Assembly (NCBI GenBank): GCA_964537125.1
Contig: CAZIBK010000002.1
Span: 1-40,727, forward strand
DNA length: 40,727 nt
Source of the DNA: an uncultured Oscillospiraceae bacterium
GTDB taxonomy: Bacteria > Bacillota > Clostridia > UMGS1883
Direction of reading: 5' to 3'
The notes below the pieces were generated by a model, which saw only the letters and a list, made by a program, of their open reading frames with translations, did no database searches and was not told where the DNA came from. Within the stretch, counting starts at the first letter, position 1. Each line of letters begins with the position of its first letter. A program made the position numbers and the translations under genes. Positions 25,957 through 35,262 of the stretch are shown here, one piece after another.

Positions 25957-27791
25957 TCTCCCTCGACCTCCTCATCATTTCCGAGAGTACCGTTGAACGC
26001 CGCCTCAAATTCATCCGCGTCAAGCTTTTCTCTTTCATAGAGAGCCCCCGCAACAGCGTGAAGCTTGTCGATATTGTCTCTGAGCAGCTTTTCGCACTGC
26101 GCATAGCACTCGTCTATTATCTTCTTGACCTCGTCGTCTATCTCGGCAGCCGTTTTCTGGCTGTAATTCATTCCCTGAGAGAAGTCTCTGCCCAAGAATA
26201 CCTCATGGTCTCCGGACGTAAACGTCATGGAGCCGAGCTTATCGCTCATGCCGTACTGCATAACCATCTTGCGCGCCACGTCCGTCGCGCGTTCGATATC
26301 GCTCGACGCTCCGGTGTTTATTTCGTTAAATATTATCTTTTCCGCAATGCGGCCCGCCATCATCATAACGATATCCTCAAGCATTTCCTGCTTTGAAATA
26401 TACGCCTTATCCGTATCGGGCAGACTGAGCGTAAATCCGCCGGCTCTGCCTCTGGGGATTATAGATACCTGATGCACGGGATCCTGCGTCGGAAGAAGCT
26501 TTGCCGCAACAGCGTGACCCGCCTCGTGATATGCGGTCTGCTTTTTATCCTTTTCCTTGTTTACTTTATTCTTCTTTTCGGGGCCCATTACAACCTTCAG
26601 AATCGCCTCATCGATTTCTGCGGAGCCTATGGATTTCTTTCCCGCGCGCGCCGCAAGTATTGCGGCTTCGTTGAGCAGGTTTTCAAGATCCGCTCCCGTA
26701 AAGCCGTAGGTGGACTTTGCGATATCCGCAAGCTTAACGGTTTCGTCCAACGGCTTATTCTTGGCATGTATAGCCAAAATTGCTTCTCTGCCCTTTGAAT
26801 CGGGATAATTTACAACCACCTGACGGTCAAATCTTCCCGGACGCAGAAGCGCCGGGTCAAGTATATCGGGGCGGTTTGTCGCCGCAATTATAATTATGCC
26901 CGAATTTGTTCCGAAGCCGTCCATCTCCACAAGGAGCTGGTTTAACGTCTGCTCGCGTTCATCATGTCCGCCTCCGAGACCTGCGCCTCTTTGGCGGCCC
27001 ACCGCGTCTATCTCATCGATAAATATTATCGCGGGAAGGTTCTTTCTCGCCTGCTCAAAAAGGTCTCTTACTCTCGATGCGCCGACTCCCACAAACATCT
27101 CGACAAAATCCGAACCCGACATTGAGAAGAACGGCACGTTTGCCTCGCCCGCAATCGCCTTTGCGAGAAGAGTTTTACCTGTTCCGGGAGGTCCTACGAG
27201 AAGCACCCCTTTGGGTATTCTCGCGCCGAGCTCCGTAAACCGCTTGGGATTTCTGAGGAAATCCACTATTTCCGAAAGCTCCTTTTTCTCCTCGTCAACG
27301 CCCGCCACATCGTCGAATGTCACTTTTTTGCCGTGTTCGTCGGGCGACTTTGCCTTGCTCTTGCCAAAGCCGCTCATTCCTTTGCCTCCGCCCTGAGACT
27401 GACGGAAGAAGAACACCCAAAAGGCTATGAGCAGCACCACCATAATCAGACTCGGTATCATTGAAAGCCACCACGAAGCAGACTCCGGCTTAGGCGTGGA
27501 TATAATAAGCGTACCGTTTTCAACCTGCTCGTTCAACGCGTCGCCTACCACCATATAAAACAGCGAACGCCCGGGGATATCCACAACGGCTGTTCTTCCG
27601 TCGTTATATACAACCTCTGCCTGAGTCTCGCTCAGCTCTATCTGTGCAACCTCTCCGTTTTTGATTGCGCTGACAAGGTCGGAGAATACAACCTCCTCCA
27701 CCTGAGGGCGCTGTGTAAACATGCTGACTATCAGCAGTATCACTATCAATAACGCAACGTAAAATCCTATGTTTTTCAGACCCTTTTTCAA
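25953..27791 (-). CDS. ftsH: ATP-dependent zinc metalloprotease FtsH
   Basis: Two N-terminal TM segments, AAA+ Walker A GPPGTGKT, Walker [12 protein letters not shown], and HEAGHA zinc site. TTG start is preceded by GGAGG at 7 nt. Confidence 0.95.
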   Translation of the reverse strand: MKKGLKNIGFYVALLIVILLIVSMFTQRPQVEEVVFSDLVSAIKNGEVAQIELSETQAEVVYNDGRTAVVDIPGRSLFYMVVGDALNEQVENGTLIISTPKPESASWWLSMIPSLIMVVLLIAFWVFFFRQSQGGGKGMSGFGKSKAKSPDEHGKKVTFDDVAGVDEEKKELSEIVDFLRNPKRFTELGARIPKGVLLVGPPGTGKTLLAKAIAGEANVPFFSMSGSDFVEMFVGVGASRVRDLFEQARKNLPAIIFIDEIDAVGRQRGAGLGGGHDEREQTLNQLLVEMDGFGTNSGIIIIAATNRPDILDPALLRPGRFDRQVVVNYPDSKGREAILAIHAKNKPLDETVKLADIAKSTYGFTGADLENLLNEAAILAARAGKKSIGSAEIDEAILKVVMGPEKKNKVNKEKDKKQTAYHEAGHAVAAKLLPTQDPVHQVSIIPRGRAGGFTLSLPDTDKAYISKQEMLEDIVMMMAGRIAEKIIFNEINTGASSDIERATDVARKMVMQYGMSDKLGSMTFTSGDHEVFLGRDFSQGMNYSQKTAAEIDDEVKKIIDECYAQCEKLLRDNIDKLHAVAGALYEREKLDADEFEAAFNGTLGNDEEVEGE

Positions 27792-27803
27792 GCGACTGCC
27801 TCC

Positions 27804-28355
27804 TCACTTCTGGTACATTTCAGGTTTCAAAAGACCTACAAACGGGAACTGACGGTATTTATACTCGTAGTCTAAGCCGTAGCCTACAACAAACTGATTG
27901 GGAATCTCAAATCCGACATACTTTGCCTCAAGCTCAACAACCCTTCTTTCGGGCTTGTCGAGGAAGGTGCATATCTCAACGCTGTTCGCACCCTCTTCCG
28001 CGAGAAGCTTTTTTATTGCCGAGAGCGTTCTCCCCGTGTCAACTATATCCTCTATAATAAGTATATCCTTGCCGTTAGGGTCAAAGCCCTTTCCCTTAAT
28101 TATGTCAACCTTTCCCTTTGACGCGGTACCCTCGCCGTAGCTTGACGCAAATATAAAGCTCACCTGAATCGGTATTTTAAGCGCTCGCACCATATCTGCA
28201 GCAAATATAAAGCTGCCCGAAAGCACGCTTAAAACACAGAGTTCCTTGCCTTCATAGTCGCTGCCTATCATGTCGGCAAGCTCTTCTATGCGTTTCTTTA
28301 TCTCTTCTTCGCTTATCAATACCTTCTCGATGACATCATTTATATTATCGTTCAC
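27804..28355 (-). CDS. hpt: hypoxanthine phosphoribosyltransferase
   Basis: PRPP-binding motif ILIIEDIVDTGRTL. Position in the conserved Firmicutes tilS-hpt-ftsH cluster. GTG start has a GAGGAGG SD. Confidence 0.93.
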   Translation of the reverse strand: MNDNINDVIEKVLISEEEIKKRIEELADMIGSDYEGKELCVLSVLSGSFIFAADMVRALKIPIQVSFIFASSYGEGTASKGKVDIIKGKGFDPNGKDILIIEDIVDTGRTLSAIKKLLAEEGANSVEICTFLDKPERRVVELEAKYVGFEIPNQFVVGYGLDYEYKYRQFPFVGLLKPEMYQK

Positions 28356-28359
28356 GGTA

Positions 28360-29703
28360 TCATACCTCCTCGCGCTTTATATATTTTATTATCAGAAACC
28401 TTTGCGTTCCGCCGTCGGGCTCATACAGCCCCGACGCTCTGATCCCCGGCACAAAAAGTATATCGCTGCCCTTTGCGGCGAGAATTATCGAGTCGCGCTT
28501 TTCACGAGGTATTTTCATATCTATAAAAAGCTGCTTAAGCTTTTTTGTTCCGTTCATACCTACGGGTGCTATTCTGTCGCCGTCGCGGCGGGTTCTGAGC
28601 TCTATATCGCCTGCCTTATCGGCATCAAATATCGCTATTCTTTTATTATTGCGCATTTTTTCGCATTTGTCAACAGTTTTAATTTCCACATATCCGCCAA
28701 AAACCTCAAAAACAGCATTTTCGCCCGTTTTGACCGTGCGTTCAAAGCCTGATTTATTTAAATTGCAGGGATGCACAAAACCGTAGTCGTTTATAATACG
28801 CACCCCGCTTCCCACGTCTCTGCTTCTCCCCGTGGCGCCGAGGGCTATATCGCATACGGCTCTTATTTTTTCAAAGCTCGCGTCCTTTACATTCCACTCC
28901 CTTAAGGCGATAAGCGCCGCGCGCCGCCTTACGCTCTCATGGAGAAGGGCGAATTTTTCCGCGTTTATGCCGCCGTTTTCAAACGCGCCCGATCCTTCCG
29001 CCTCCGAGATAAAATATTCCTCGTCCAATGCCGCGCACTGTGAGGCAGATACTATTTTTCTTTCGGCGTCGGGGAAAAGCTTTTTTATTTCGGGCAGAAT
29101 TACGTTTCTTATTCTGTTGCGGGTATATTCGTCGGAAAAGTTGGTGGAATCCACTCTCCACGTCTCGCCTTTTTCCCTAAGATAAGCCTCTATTTCGCTC
29201 TTATCCATATCTAAGAGCGGTCTTATAATATTGCCGCGCACATACGGAATACCGCTGAGTCCGCGCCCGGCGCATCCTCGAAAAAGATGAAACAGCGCCG
29301 TTTCCGCATTGTCTCCCATATGGTGGCCCGTCGCTGTTTTTGCTCCGCCCAGCTCCTTTGCCGCTTCGTCAAAAAAGCGGTATCTCTCGCGCCTGCCGCA
29401 CTCCTCCTCGCCTATGCAGTCACGCTTTGCCATCGACGGAATATCTACGGATTTATAAAACAGCCTTACCCCAAGCCGCCCGCACAGCTCTTTTACAAAG
29501 AGGCTGTCTCCGTCGCTTTCTTCTCCCCGTATGTTATGATTGAGGTTTGCCGCAAAGACCGTTATCCCAAGCTCCTCCTCAAGCTCCTTCAGCACAAGCA
29601 GAAGCGCTGCCGAGTCAGCTCCGCCGGAGAGGGCGACCAACACTCTGTCCCCTTTTTCAAGCATATGATGCTTTTTTATTGTTTCAAGAACCTTGCGCTT
29701 CAT
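28360..29703 (-). CDS. tilS: tRNA(Ile)-lysidine synthetase
   Basis: PP-loop SGGADS near the N-terminus. 447 aa with a C-terminal TilS domain. Immediately upstream of hpt. Confidence 0.92.
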   Translation of the reverse strand: MKRKVLETIKKHHMLEKGDRVLVALSGGADSAALLLVLKELEEELGITVFAANLNHNIRGEESDGDSLFVKELCGRLGVRLFYKSVDIPSMAKRDCIGEEECGRRERYRFFDEAAKELGGAKTATGHHMGDNAETALFHLFRGCAGRGLSGIPYVRGNIIRPLLDMDKSEIEAYLREKGETWRVDSTNFSDEYTRNRIRNVILPEIKKLFPDAERKIVSASQCAALDEEYFISEAEGSGAFENGGINAEKFALLHESVRRRAALIALREWNVKDASFEKIRAVCDIALGATGRSRDVGSGVRIINDYGFVHPCNLNKSGFERTVKTGENAVFEVFGGYVEIKTVDKCEKMRNNKRIAIFDADKAGDIELRTRRDGDRIAPVGMNGTKKLKQLFIDMKIPREKRDSIILAAKGSDILFVPGIRASGLYEPDGGTQRFLIIKYIKREEV

Positions 29704-29719
29704 CGCTGCGGATTTTCAC

Positions 29720-31063
29720 CTAATTTCTGTTATCAAGATTCATAAACTTTGTATATTCGCCGCGCCATGCAAGATTTATCGTCCTGCATTCGCCGCCGCG
29801 GTGCTTCGCAACTATACACTCTATAACGTTGCTCTTTTGCGCGTCATCCTCCTCGGACGCCATGTCCGGATTATATAAAAGAAGCACCATATCCGCGTCC
29901 TGCTCTATGGCTCCGCTTTCACGAAGGTCGAATATCTGAGGCCGCTTGTCCTTCCTGCCCTCGCTCATACGGTTGAGCTGCGACAGAGTTATAACGGGTA
30001 TTTCAAGCTCCTTTGACATTATCTTAAGCGAACGCGATATCTCCGCAATCTCCTGGGCGCGGTTGTCCGACTTTGAGCGGCTCTCCATCAGCTGTAGGTA
30101 GTCGATAATTACAAGCCCTATGTTTTTTTCAAGCTTCATTCTGCGGCATTTTGCCCTTATTTCTGAAACGGATATACCGGGCGTATCGTCAATATAAATC
30201 GGGGCGTTTATAATCCCCGGCAGCGAATGGGCAAGCTTAGTCATTTCGGCGGCGTTCAAATCGCCTATTCTCATTTTTTCGGACGGAATGAGCGCCTCGC
30301 TTGAAAGCACCCTGTTCACAAGCTCCTCCTTGCTCATTTCAAGGCTGAATATTGCCACGGGAATCTTGTGCTTAATCGCCGCGTTTTCGGCAATGTTAAG
30401 CGCAAAGCTCGTCTTGCCTACGCCGGGACGGGCAGCCACTATCACAAGCGTACTCTTCTGAAGACCTGCGGTCAGTGTATCGAGGGCGGTAAAGCCCGTC
30501 GGCACGCCCGTTACGGAAGAGCCCCTCTTTTTCAGCTCTTCAAGGAGAGCCATCGAGCTTTTTACCACCTCGCTGATGTGGTAAAATCCCTTTGAGCCGC
30601 GCTTGTCGAGGATGTTAAATATAAGCTGCTCGCTTTTGTCGAGTATTGAGCTTACCTCGTCCTCGTCCCGTGTTGCGGTGTCGATTATTTCTCCCGCCGC
30701 GTCCACAAGGCGGCGAAGAATGCTCTTTTCCTCAACTATTGTTATATAGTGGGACAAATTTTCCGTTGAAAGCACATTTTGAACTATGTTTGAAATATAG
30801 CCTATTCCGCCTACGCTTTCAATATCGCCTCCGAGGGCGTCCGACAGTGTAACTATATCTACCGGAAGTCCGCGGCTGAAAAGCGACTCCATCGCCGAAA
30901 ATATGCGCTTGTGCGCCGTTGTGTAAAAATCGTCCGCGCTGAGGCGTTCCATGCACTTTGTCAGCGCCGATTCATCAAATACCATGCTGCCCAAAACAGC
31001 CTGCTCCGCCTCTATATTGTAGGGCATGGTTTTTCCTATCGGAAGCTCCGCCACGTTCCTCAC
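29720..31063 (-). CDS. dnaB: replicative DNA helicase (DnaB family; DnaC in B. subtilis nomenclature)
   Basis: N-terminal IEAEQAVLGS, Walker A ARPGVGKTSFALN, IIDYLQLM and SQLNR motifs. The start is uncertain: GTG 31063, GTG 31054 or ATG 31027. Confidence 0.93.
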   Translation of the reverse strand: MRNVAELPIGKTMPYNIEAEQAVLGSMVFDESALTKCMERLSADDFYTTAHKRIFSAMESLFSRGLPVDIVTLSDALGGDIESVGGIGYISNIVQNVLSTENLSHYITIVEEKSILRRLVDAAGEIIDTATRDEDEVSSILDKSEQLIFNILDKRGSKGFYHISEVVKSSMALLEELKKRGSSVTGVPTGFTALDTLTAGLQKSTLVIVAARPGVGKTSFALNIAENAAIKHKIPVAIFSLEMSKEELVNRVLSSEALIPSEKMRIGDLNAAEMTKLAHSLPGIINAPIYIDDTPGISVSEIRAKCRRMKLEKNIGLVIIDYLQLMESRSKSDNRAQEIAEISRSLKIMSKELEIPVITLSQLNRMSEGRKDKRPQIFDLRESGAIEQDADMVLLLYNPDMASEEDDAQKSNVIECIVAKHRGGECRTINLAWRGEYTKFMNLDNRN

Positions 31064-31087
31064 CCCCTGAAAGCAAACTCAAACAAT

Positions 31088-31534
31088 TTATTCCGCAATT
31101 GTCTCCACCGTTATCTTTGCGCTTATTTCGGGATATATCTTTATCTCCACGCTGTGAGAGCCGATAGTCTTTATCCCGTCGGGAAGCGTTATCTTTCTCT
31201 TGTCTATTACAATGTGCAGCTGATACTTTATCGCATCGGCAACGTTCTGATTTGTAATTTTACCGAAGAGCTTTCCGTTCTCTCCCGCCTTTGACTTTAT
31301 CGTAACCCTTGCGCCGTTGAGCTTTTCAGCCGCTTCCGCCGCAGCCTTCTTTTCCTGTTCCTTGTGATAAGCGGCGGCGTCGCTTTTACCCTTTACCTCG
31401 TTAAGCACGCCCTTTGTCGCCTCTTTTGCCAGTCCGCGGGGGAGAAGATAATTTCTCGCGTATCCGTCCGACGCCTCTACGAGATCTCCCTTCTTGCCGT
31501 GACCCTTTACATCAGCCAAAAGTACTACCTTCAT
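31088..31534 (-). CDS. rplI: 50S ribosomal protein L9
   Basis: MKVVLLADVKGHGKKGDLVEASDGYARNYLLPRGLA is a canonical L9 N-terminus. ATG 31534 gives 148 aa. The 6-aa ORF-track extension is rejected. Confidence 0.95.
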   Translation of the reverse strand: MKVVLLADVKGHGKKGDLVEASDGYARNYLLPRGLAKEATKGVLNEVKGKSDAAAYHKEQEKKAAAEAAEKLNGARVTIKSKAGENGKLFGKITNQNVADAIKYQLHIVIDKRKITLPDGIKTIGSHSVEIKIYPEISAKITVETIAE

Positions 31535-31568
31535 GTTATCAGTTCCTTTCATATATAGTCATCCGTAA

Positions 31569-33551
31569 TCATCTGTTTTCCAAATATTCGTCTATCGCGG
31601 CCTTAAGCCTTGTCTCGGCCTCGTCAACATATACGCTCTCAAGCTGCGCCGCGCCCTGAAGCATATGTCCGCCGCCGCCCAGCTTTTCCATTATCATCTG
31701 TATATTCACATCGCCCAAAGAGCGTCCGCTTATACTCGTCACCGCGCCTTGGAGCTTTGCCACAACAAAGGACGCCGAAACCCCCTCGATCTCCAAAAGG
31801 TCGTTTGCCGCCTTTGCAACGGTCTCCTGCAGCACGGAGTTTGAATACACCTTGCTTATCGCAATGCTTCCTTTGTACATTACCGCGTCCGACACAATCT
31901 GCGCCCGTTCGGTGTAGCTTGTCATGCTTTCGCGGAAAAAGCGCTTGACCCTCATCGGGTCGGCTCCCAGCCTCTTAAGATACGCCGCCGCTTCAAAGGT
32001 TCTCACGCCCGTTTTGAACACAAAATTATTCGTATCCACAACCATGCCCGCATACATCGCCTCAGCTATCTCCGAATCAATACCGCTTCTTCCCATATAC
32101 TGAAGCATCTCGGATACCATTTCGCAGCTTGACGACGCGAAAGGCTCGTGATACAAAAGGTCTGTGTTTAATATAAAATCCTCGCTCCTTCTGTGGTGGT
32201 CTATAAGAACAAGCGTTTTCGCCTCGTCCAGTATCTCCGGAGCTGCCACAAGCGAGGGGCGGTGTGTGTCGCAGACGATTACAAGCGTTTTATCGTTCAT
32301 ATATTCACGCGCCTGCGCTCTGCTCACAAAAAGCCCGCGGTGTGTCTGATTATATTCAAAATCCCTCATTATGGCTCGAACCGTAGTGTCGTAGGACTCC
32401 ATTATCACCTTTGCGGTTCTGCCCTTCGCCATAGCCGCGCAGGCAAGCGCCGCACATGCTCCCATAGCGTCGGCGTCGGCGTAGCTGTGTCCCATTATAA
32501 GGACATTTTCGCTCTGCTCTATAAGCCTCACAAGAGCCTGCGCCTTTACCCTCGCCTTCACCTTCGTGCGCTTTTCCGTCTCGCGGTTCTTGCCGCCGTA
32601 GTAGCTGAAGCTCTGCCCGTCCTTTATTACCGCCTGATCTCCGCCGCGTCCGAGAGCCATATCAAGAGCCGCCTTCGCGAACGCGTCTATCTCGTTTATA
32701 TCGCTCCCGTCTATGCCAACGCCTATGCTCAGCGTCGGCTGTACCGGCATTTGCGACGGCACAGCCTTGACTCTGTCAAGAATGTCGAATTTCATTTCCT
32801 TAATGGCTTCAAGCATCTTCGCGTTGAAAATACATATATATCTATCCTTGTCGAGATGCCTTGCGCTGCCGCCCAAAAGATGCGCCCAGTCAAAAATAAG
32901 AGCGTCTATCTCCTTTTCCGCCTGATATGAAATATCGCTGTCCGCGTCGCCGAGGGTTTCGTCGTAATTATCTATCAGAATATGGGCAATTACCGTGCGG
33001 GAATTTTCCGCCGCCTCCTTCGCCCTTTCGTAATCCGTCACATCACGAAGCGTTATGACAAACGCGCTGTCTGCCGCGCTTTCCGCCTTGAAGGGAACGC
33101 TCGTAAGAGCGTACCTGCGCTCGTTAAAGAGGATTTTTTCCTCTCCCTCGTCGCAGCGGCTCAGCATTTCAACGGTAATGTCGGGTATAAGCTCGGTTAT
33201 ACCGTCGTGCATTACCACGCCCGGGCATATTTTTGAAAACGCGTCGTTCCACCAGTTTATCTTTCCGTCCGTACCGACAGATACCATCGGAAGCGTAATT
33301 CCCCTGGTTATGTCAAAATCTTCCTTGCCTGCCTCCGCGGTCATTTTACTGTAAAACTCTTCGCTTGAATGTTTGACGGCAATTCTCTCGACAACGCTGT
33401 ACACAATCATCCCCGCAGATATAATTATCAGCGCCAAGCCTATAAACATATCCGAAAAGCACAGCCCCGCTCCGCACAGCGCCACAAATGCGCTGTAAAG
33501 TACATAACGGTTCTTTATAATTAAGTTTATAACATCTCTTTTTTTCTTCAT
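31569..33551 (-). CDS. gdpP: DHH/DHHA1 cyclic-di-AMP phosphodiesterase (GdpP/YybT type)
   Basis: Two N-terminal TM segments, a PAS-like region, a degenerate GGDEF-like region, then DHH (GHSYADADAMG, VLIDHHR) and DHHA1 (GGGH). The conserved gdpP-rplI-dnaB order is kept. ATG 33551 has a GAAAGGG SD; the upstream 31-aa extension is rejected. Confidence 0.88.
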   Translation of the reverse strand: MKKKRDVINLIIKNRYVLYSAFVALCGAGLCFSDMFIGLALIIISAGMIVYSVVERIAVKHSSEEFYSKMTAEAGKEDFDITRGITLPMVSVGTDGKINWWNDAFSKICPGVVMHDGITELIPDITVEMLSRCDEGEEKILFNERRYALTSVPFKAESAADSAFVITLRDVTDYERAKEAAENSRTVIAHILIDNYDETLGDADSDISYQAEKEIDALIFDWAHLLGGSARHLDKDRYICIFNAKMLEAIKEMKFDILDRVKAVPSQMPVQPTLSIGVGIDGSDINEIDAFAKAALDMALGRGGDQAVIKDGQSFSYYGGKNRETEKRTKVKARVKAQALVRLIEQSENVLIMGHSYADADAMGACAALACAAMAKGRTAKVIMESYDTTVRAIMRDFEYNQTHRGLFVSRAQAREYMNDKTLVIVCDTHRPSLVAAPEILDEAKTLVLIDHHRRSEDFILNTDLLYHEPFASSSCEMVSEMLQYMGRSGIDSEIAEAMYAGMVVDTNNFVFKTGVRTFEAAAYLKRLGADPMRVKRFFRESMTSYTERAQIVSDAVMYKGSIAISKVYSNSVLQETVAKAANDLLEIEGVSASFVVAKLQGAVTSISGRSLGDVNIQMIMEKLGGGGHMLQGAAQLESVYVDEAETRLKAAIDEYLENR

Positions 33552-33581
33552 GTTAAAAGCCCTTTCGCCTAAAACAGCTAT

Positions 33582-33600
33582 GCAGATTTCCCAAATCTGC
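33582..33600. repeat. 8-bp inverted repeat GCAGATTT-ccc-AAATCTGC in the gdpP / ylmC divergent region
   Basis: Read directly. It lies 31 nt upstream of the gdpP ATG and is adjacent to a 14-bp perfect AT palindrome TATATAATTATATA (33606..33619). Confidence 0.5.
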
Positions 33601-33632
33601 GCATATATATAATTATATAACAACAACGGCAA

Positions 33633-33660
33633 AATGTACAGCATTTTTTTTAAGCGTCAA
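33633..33660 (-). promoter_or_regulatory. candidate sigma-A promoter for gdpP-rplI-dnaB
   Basis: On the minus strand: TTGACG (33660..33655), 16-nt spacer, TACATT (33638..33633). It lies back-to-back with the ylmC 5' region, next to its SD. Confidence 0.3.
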
Positions 33661-33678
33661 AAGGAGAGCCCCGATATT

Positions 33679-33942
33679 ATGAAGAATCTCCGCAGCCGTG
33701 CCTCGGACTTCAGGCACAAAGAGGTCATCGACACATACACCGGAAGCCGCCTCGGATTTATAACCGATGTTGACATAGACCTTGAAAAGGGCGTCGTCAA
33801 TTCCGTCATTATTCCGGGCAAGCGCCGCTTTTTCGGTCTTATCGCCCCAAAGGAGGATATTGAGATAGCCTGGTCCCGGATATCAAAAATCGGTGACGAC
33901 ATAATCCTTGTCACCACCGAAAAAAAGCCTCCCGAAGGTTAG
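33679..33942 (+). CDS. YlmC/YmxH-family sporulation protein (PRC-barrel)
   Basis: KEVIDTYTGSRLGFITDVDIDLEKGVVNSVIIPG...IEIAWSRISKIGDDIILV matches the YlmC/YmxH family pattern. ATG 33679 lies downstream of AAGGAGAG. It is the only plus-strand gene inside the minus-strand array. Confidence 0.8.
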   Translation: MKNLRSRASDFRHKEVIDTYTGSRLGFITDVDIDLEKGVVNSVIIPGKRRFFGLIAPKEDIEIAWSRISKIGDDIILVTTEKKPPEG

Positions 33943-35258
33943 GAAATCGCGTCCATATTCTCCGAAAGGCTGTCAAGCGCTTCTTGGGCTATGGCGAGAT
34001 ATCTTTCCTTTTTTCCCTTTATTTTGCCCGCATGGTGCTCTATAATCCCGAAATTGGCATTCATAGGCTGGAATGAACCCTTTACCGCGCCCTTTGTCAC
34101 ATATGACGAAAGCGCTCCCGTAACGGTCGAAGCGGGAAGAACAGCCTCTGCCTTTCCGAGTATTTTTCTCGCCGCGTTTATTCCCGCCATCATTCCGGAT
34201 GCGGCGGACTCGACATAACCCTCTACTCCCGTTATCTGCCCTGCAAAATATATTTTCGGGTATTTTCTCATGGCAAAGGTGGGCAGCAAAAGCTCGGGAG
34301 AATTGATATAGCTGTTTCTGTGCATTACCCCAAGGCGCAGAAATACGGCGTTTTCAAGACCCGGTATCATGGAAAATACCCTCTTTTGCTCTCCGAAGCG
34401 AAGATTTGTCTGAAACCCCACAATGTTATACATTGTGCCCTCCGTATTGTCCTGTCTCAGCTGCACAACCGCATAGGGTACCTTTCCCGTTCTCGGATCG
34501 GTAAGCCCCTTCGGCTTTAAAGGTCCGTAGCGAAGGGTGTCAACTCCGCGCTTTGCCATTATCTCCACCGGCATACACCCCTCGAAAACCTCCGCCTTGT
34601 CAATATTCCCGTGCAGCGGCGCGCTTTCGGCGTTTATGAGCGCCTCGTAAAAGGCAAGGTATTCGTCCTTGTTCATGGGGCAGTTGATGTAATCCGCCGT
34701 ACCCTTGTCATAACGCGCCTTTTTATACACCTTGTCAAAATCTATGCTTTCAGTTTCAACAACGGGAGCCGCCGCGTCATAGAACGAAAAATACTCCTTG
34801 CCCGTCAGCGAGGCTATTGCCTCGGCCATGCTTCCCTCCGTAAGAGGACCTGTCGCTATTACAGTGTATTCGTCGGGGTTAATGCTGCTTACAATCCCCT
34901 CTCTTACGGAGATATTTTCGTGTCCTTTTATTTTTTCCGTCACGGCACGGGAAAACCTTTCCCTGTCAACCGCAAGTGCGCTTCCGGCAGGGACAGCCGT
35001 CTTGTCGGCGCACTCCATGACAACCGAACCTATGCGGCGCATTTCCTCTTTCAGAAGTCCGCATGCGTTGTCAATGGAATTTCCCTTAAGGGAATTTGAG
35101 CATACAAGCTCGCACAGGTCGGGATTTCTGTGAGCGGGCGAAAATGCCTTAGGCTTCATTTCCCAAAGCTCAACCTTCACTCCTCTCTGCGCCGCCTGCC
35201 ATGCCGCCTCGCAGCCCGCCGGTCCGCCTCCTATTACCTTCAGGACTTCCGTCTCCAT
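33939..35258 (-). CDS. trmFO: methylenetetrahydrofolate-tRNA-(uracil54-C5)-methyltransferase
   Basis: FAD-binding VIGGGPAGCEAAWQAA and ELVCSNS motifs. 439 aa. Conserved position after topA. Confidence 0.92.
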   Translation of the reverse strand: METEVLKVIGGGPAGCEAAWQAAQRGVKVELWEMKPKAFSPAHRNPDLCELVCSNSLKGNSIDNACGLLKEEMRRIGSVVMECADKTAVPAGSALAVDRERFSRAVTEKIKGHENISVREGIVSSINPDEYTVIATGPLTEGSMAEAIASLTGKEYFSFYDAAAPVVETESIDFDKVYKKARYDKGTADYINCPMNKDEYLAFYEALINAESAPLHGNIDKAEVFEGCMPVEIMAKRGVDTLRYGPLKPKGLTDPRTGKVPYAVVQLRQDNTEGTMYNIVGFQTNLRFGEQKRVFSMIPGLENAVFLRLGVMHRNSYINSPELLLPTFAMRKYPKIYFAGQITGVEGYVESAASGMMAGINAARKILGKAEAVLPASTVTGALSSYVTKGAVKGSFQPMNANFGIIEHHAGKIKGKKERYLAIAQEALDSLSENMDAIS

Positions 35259-35262
35259 CGTA

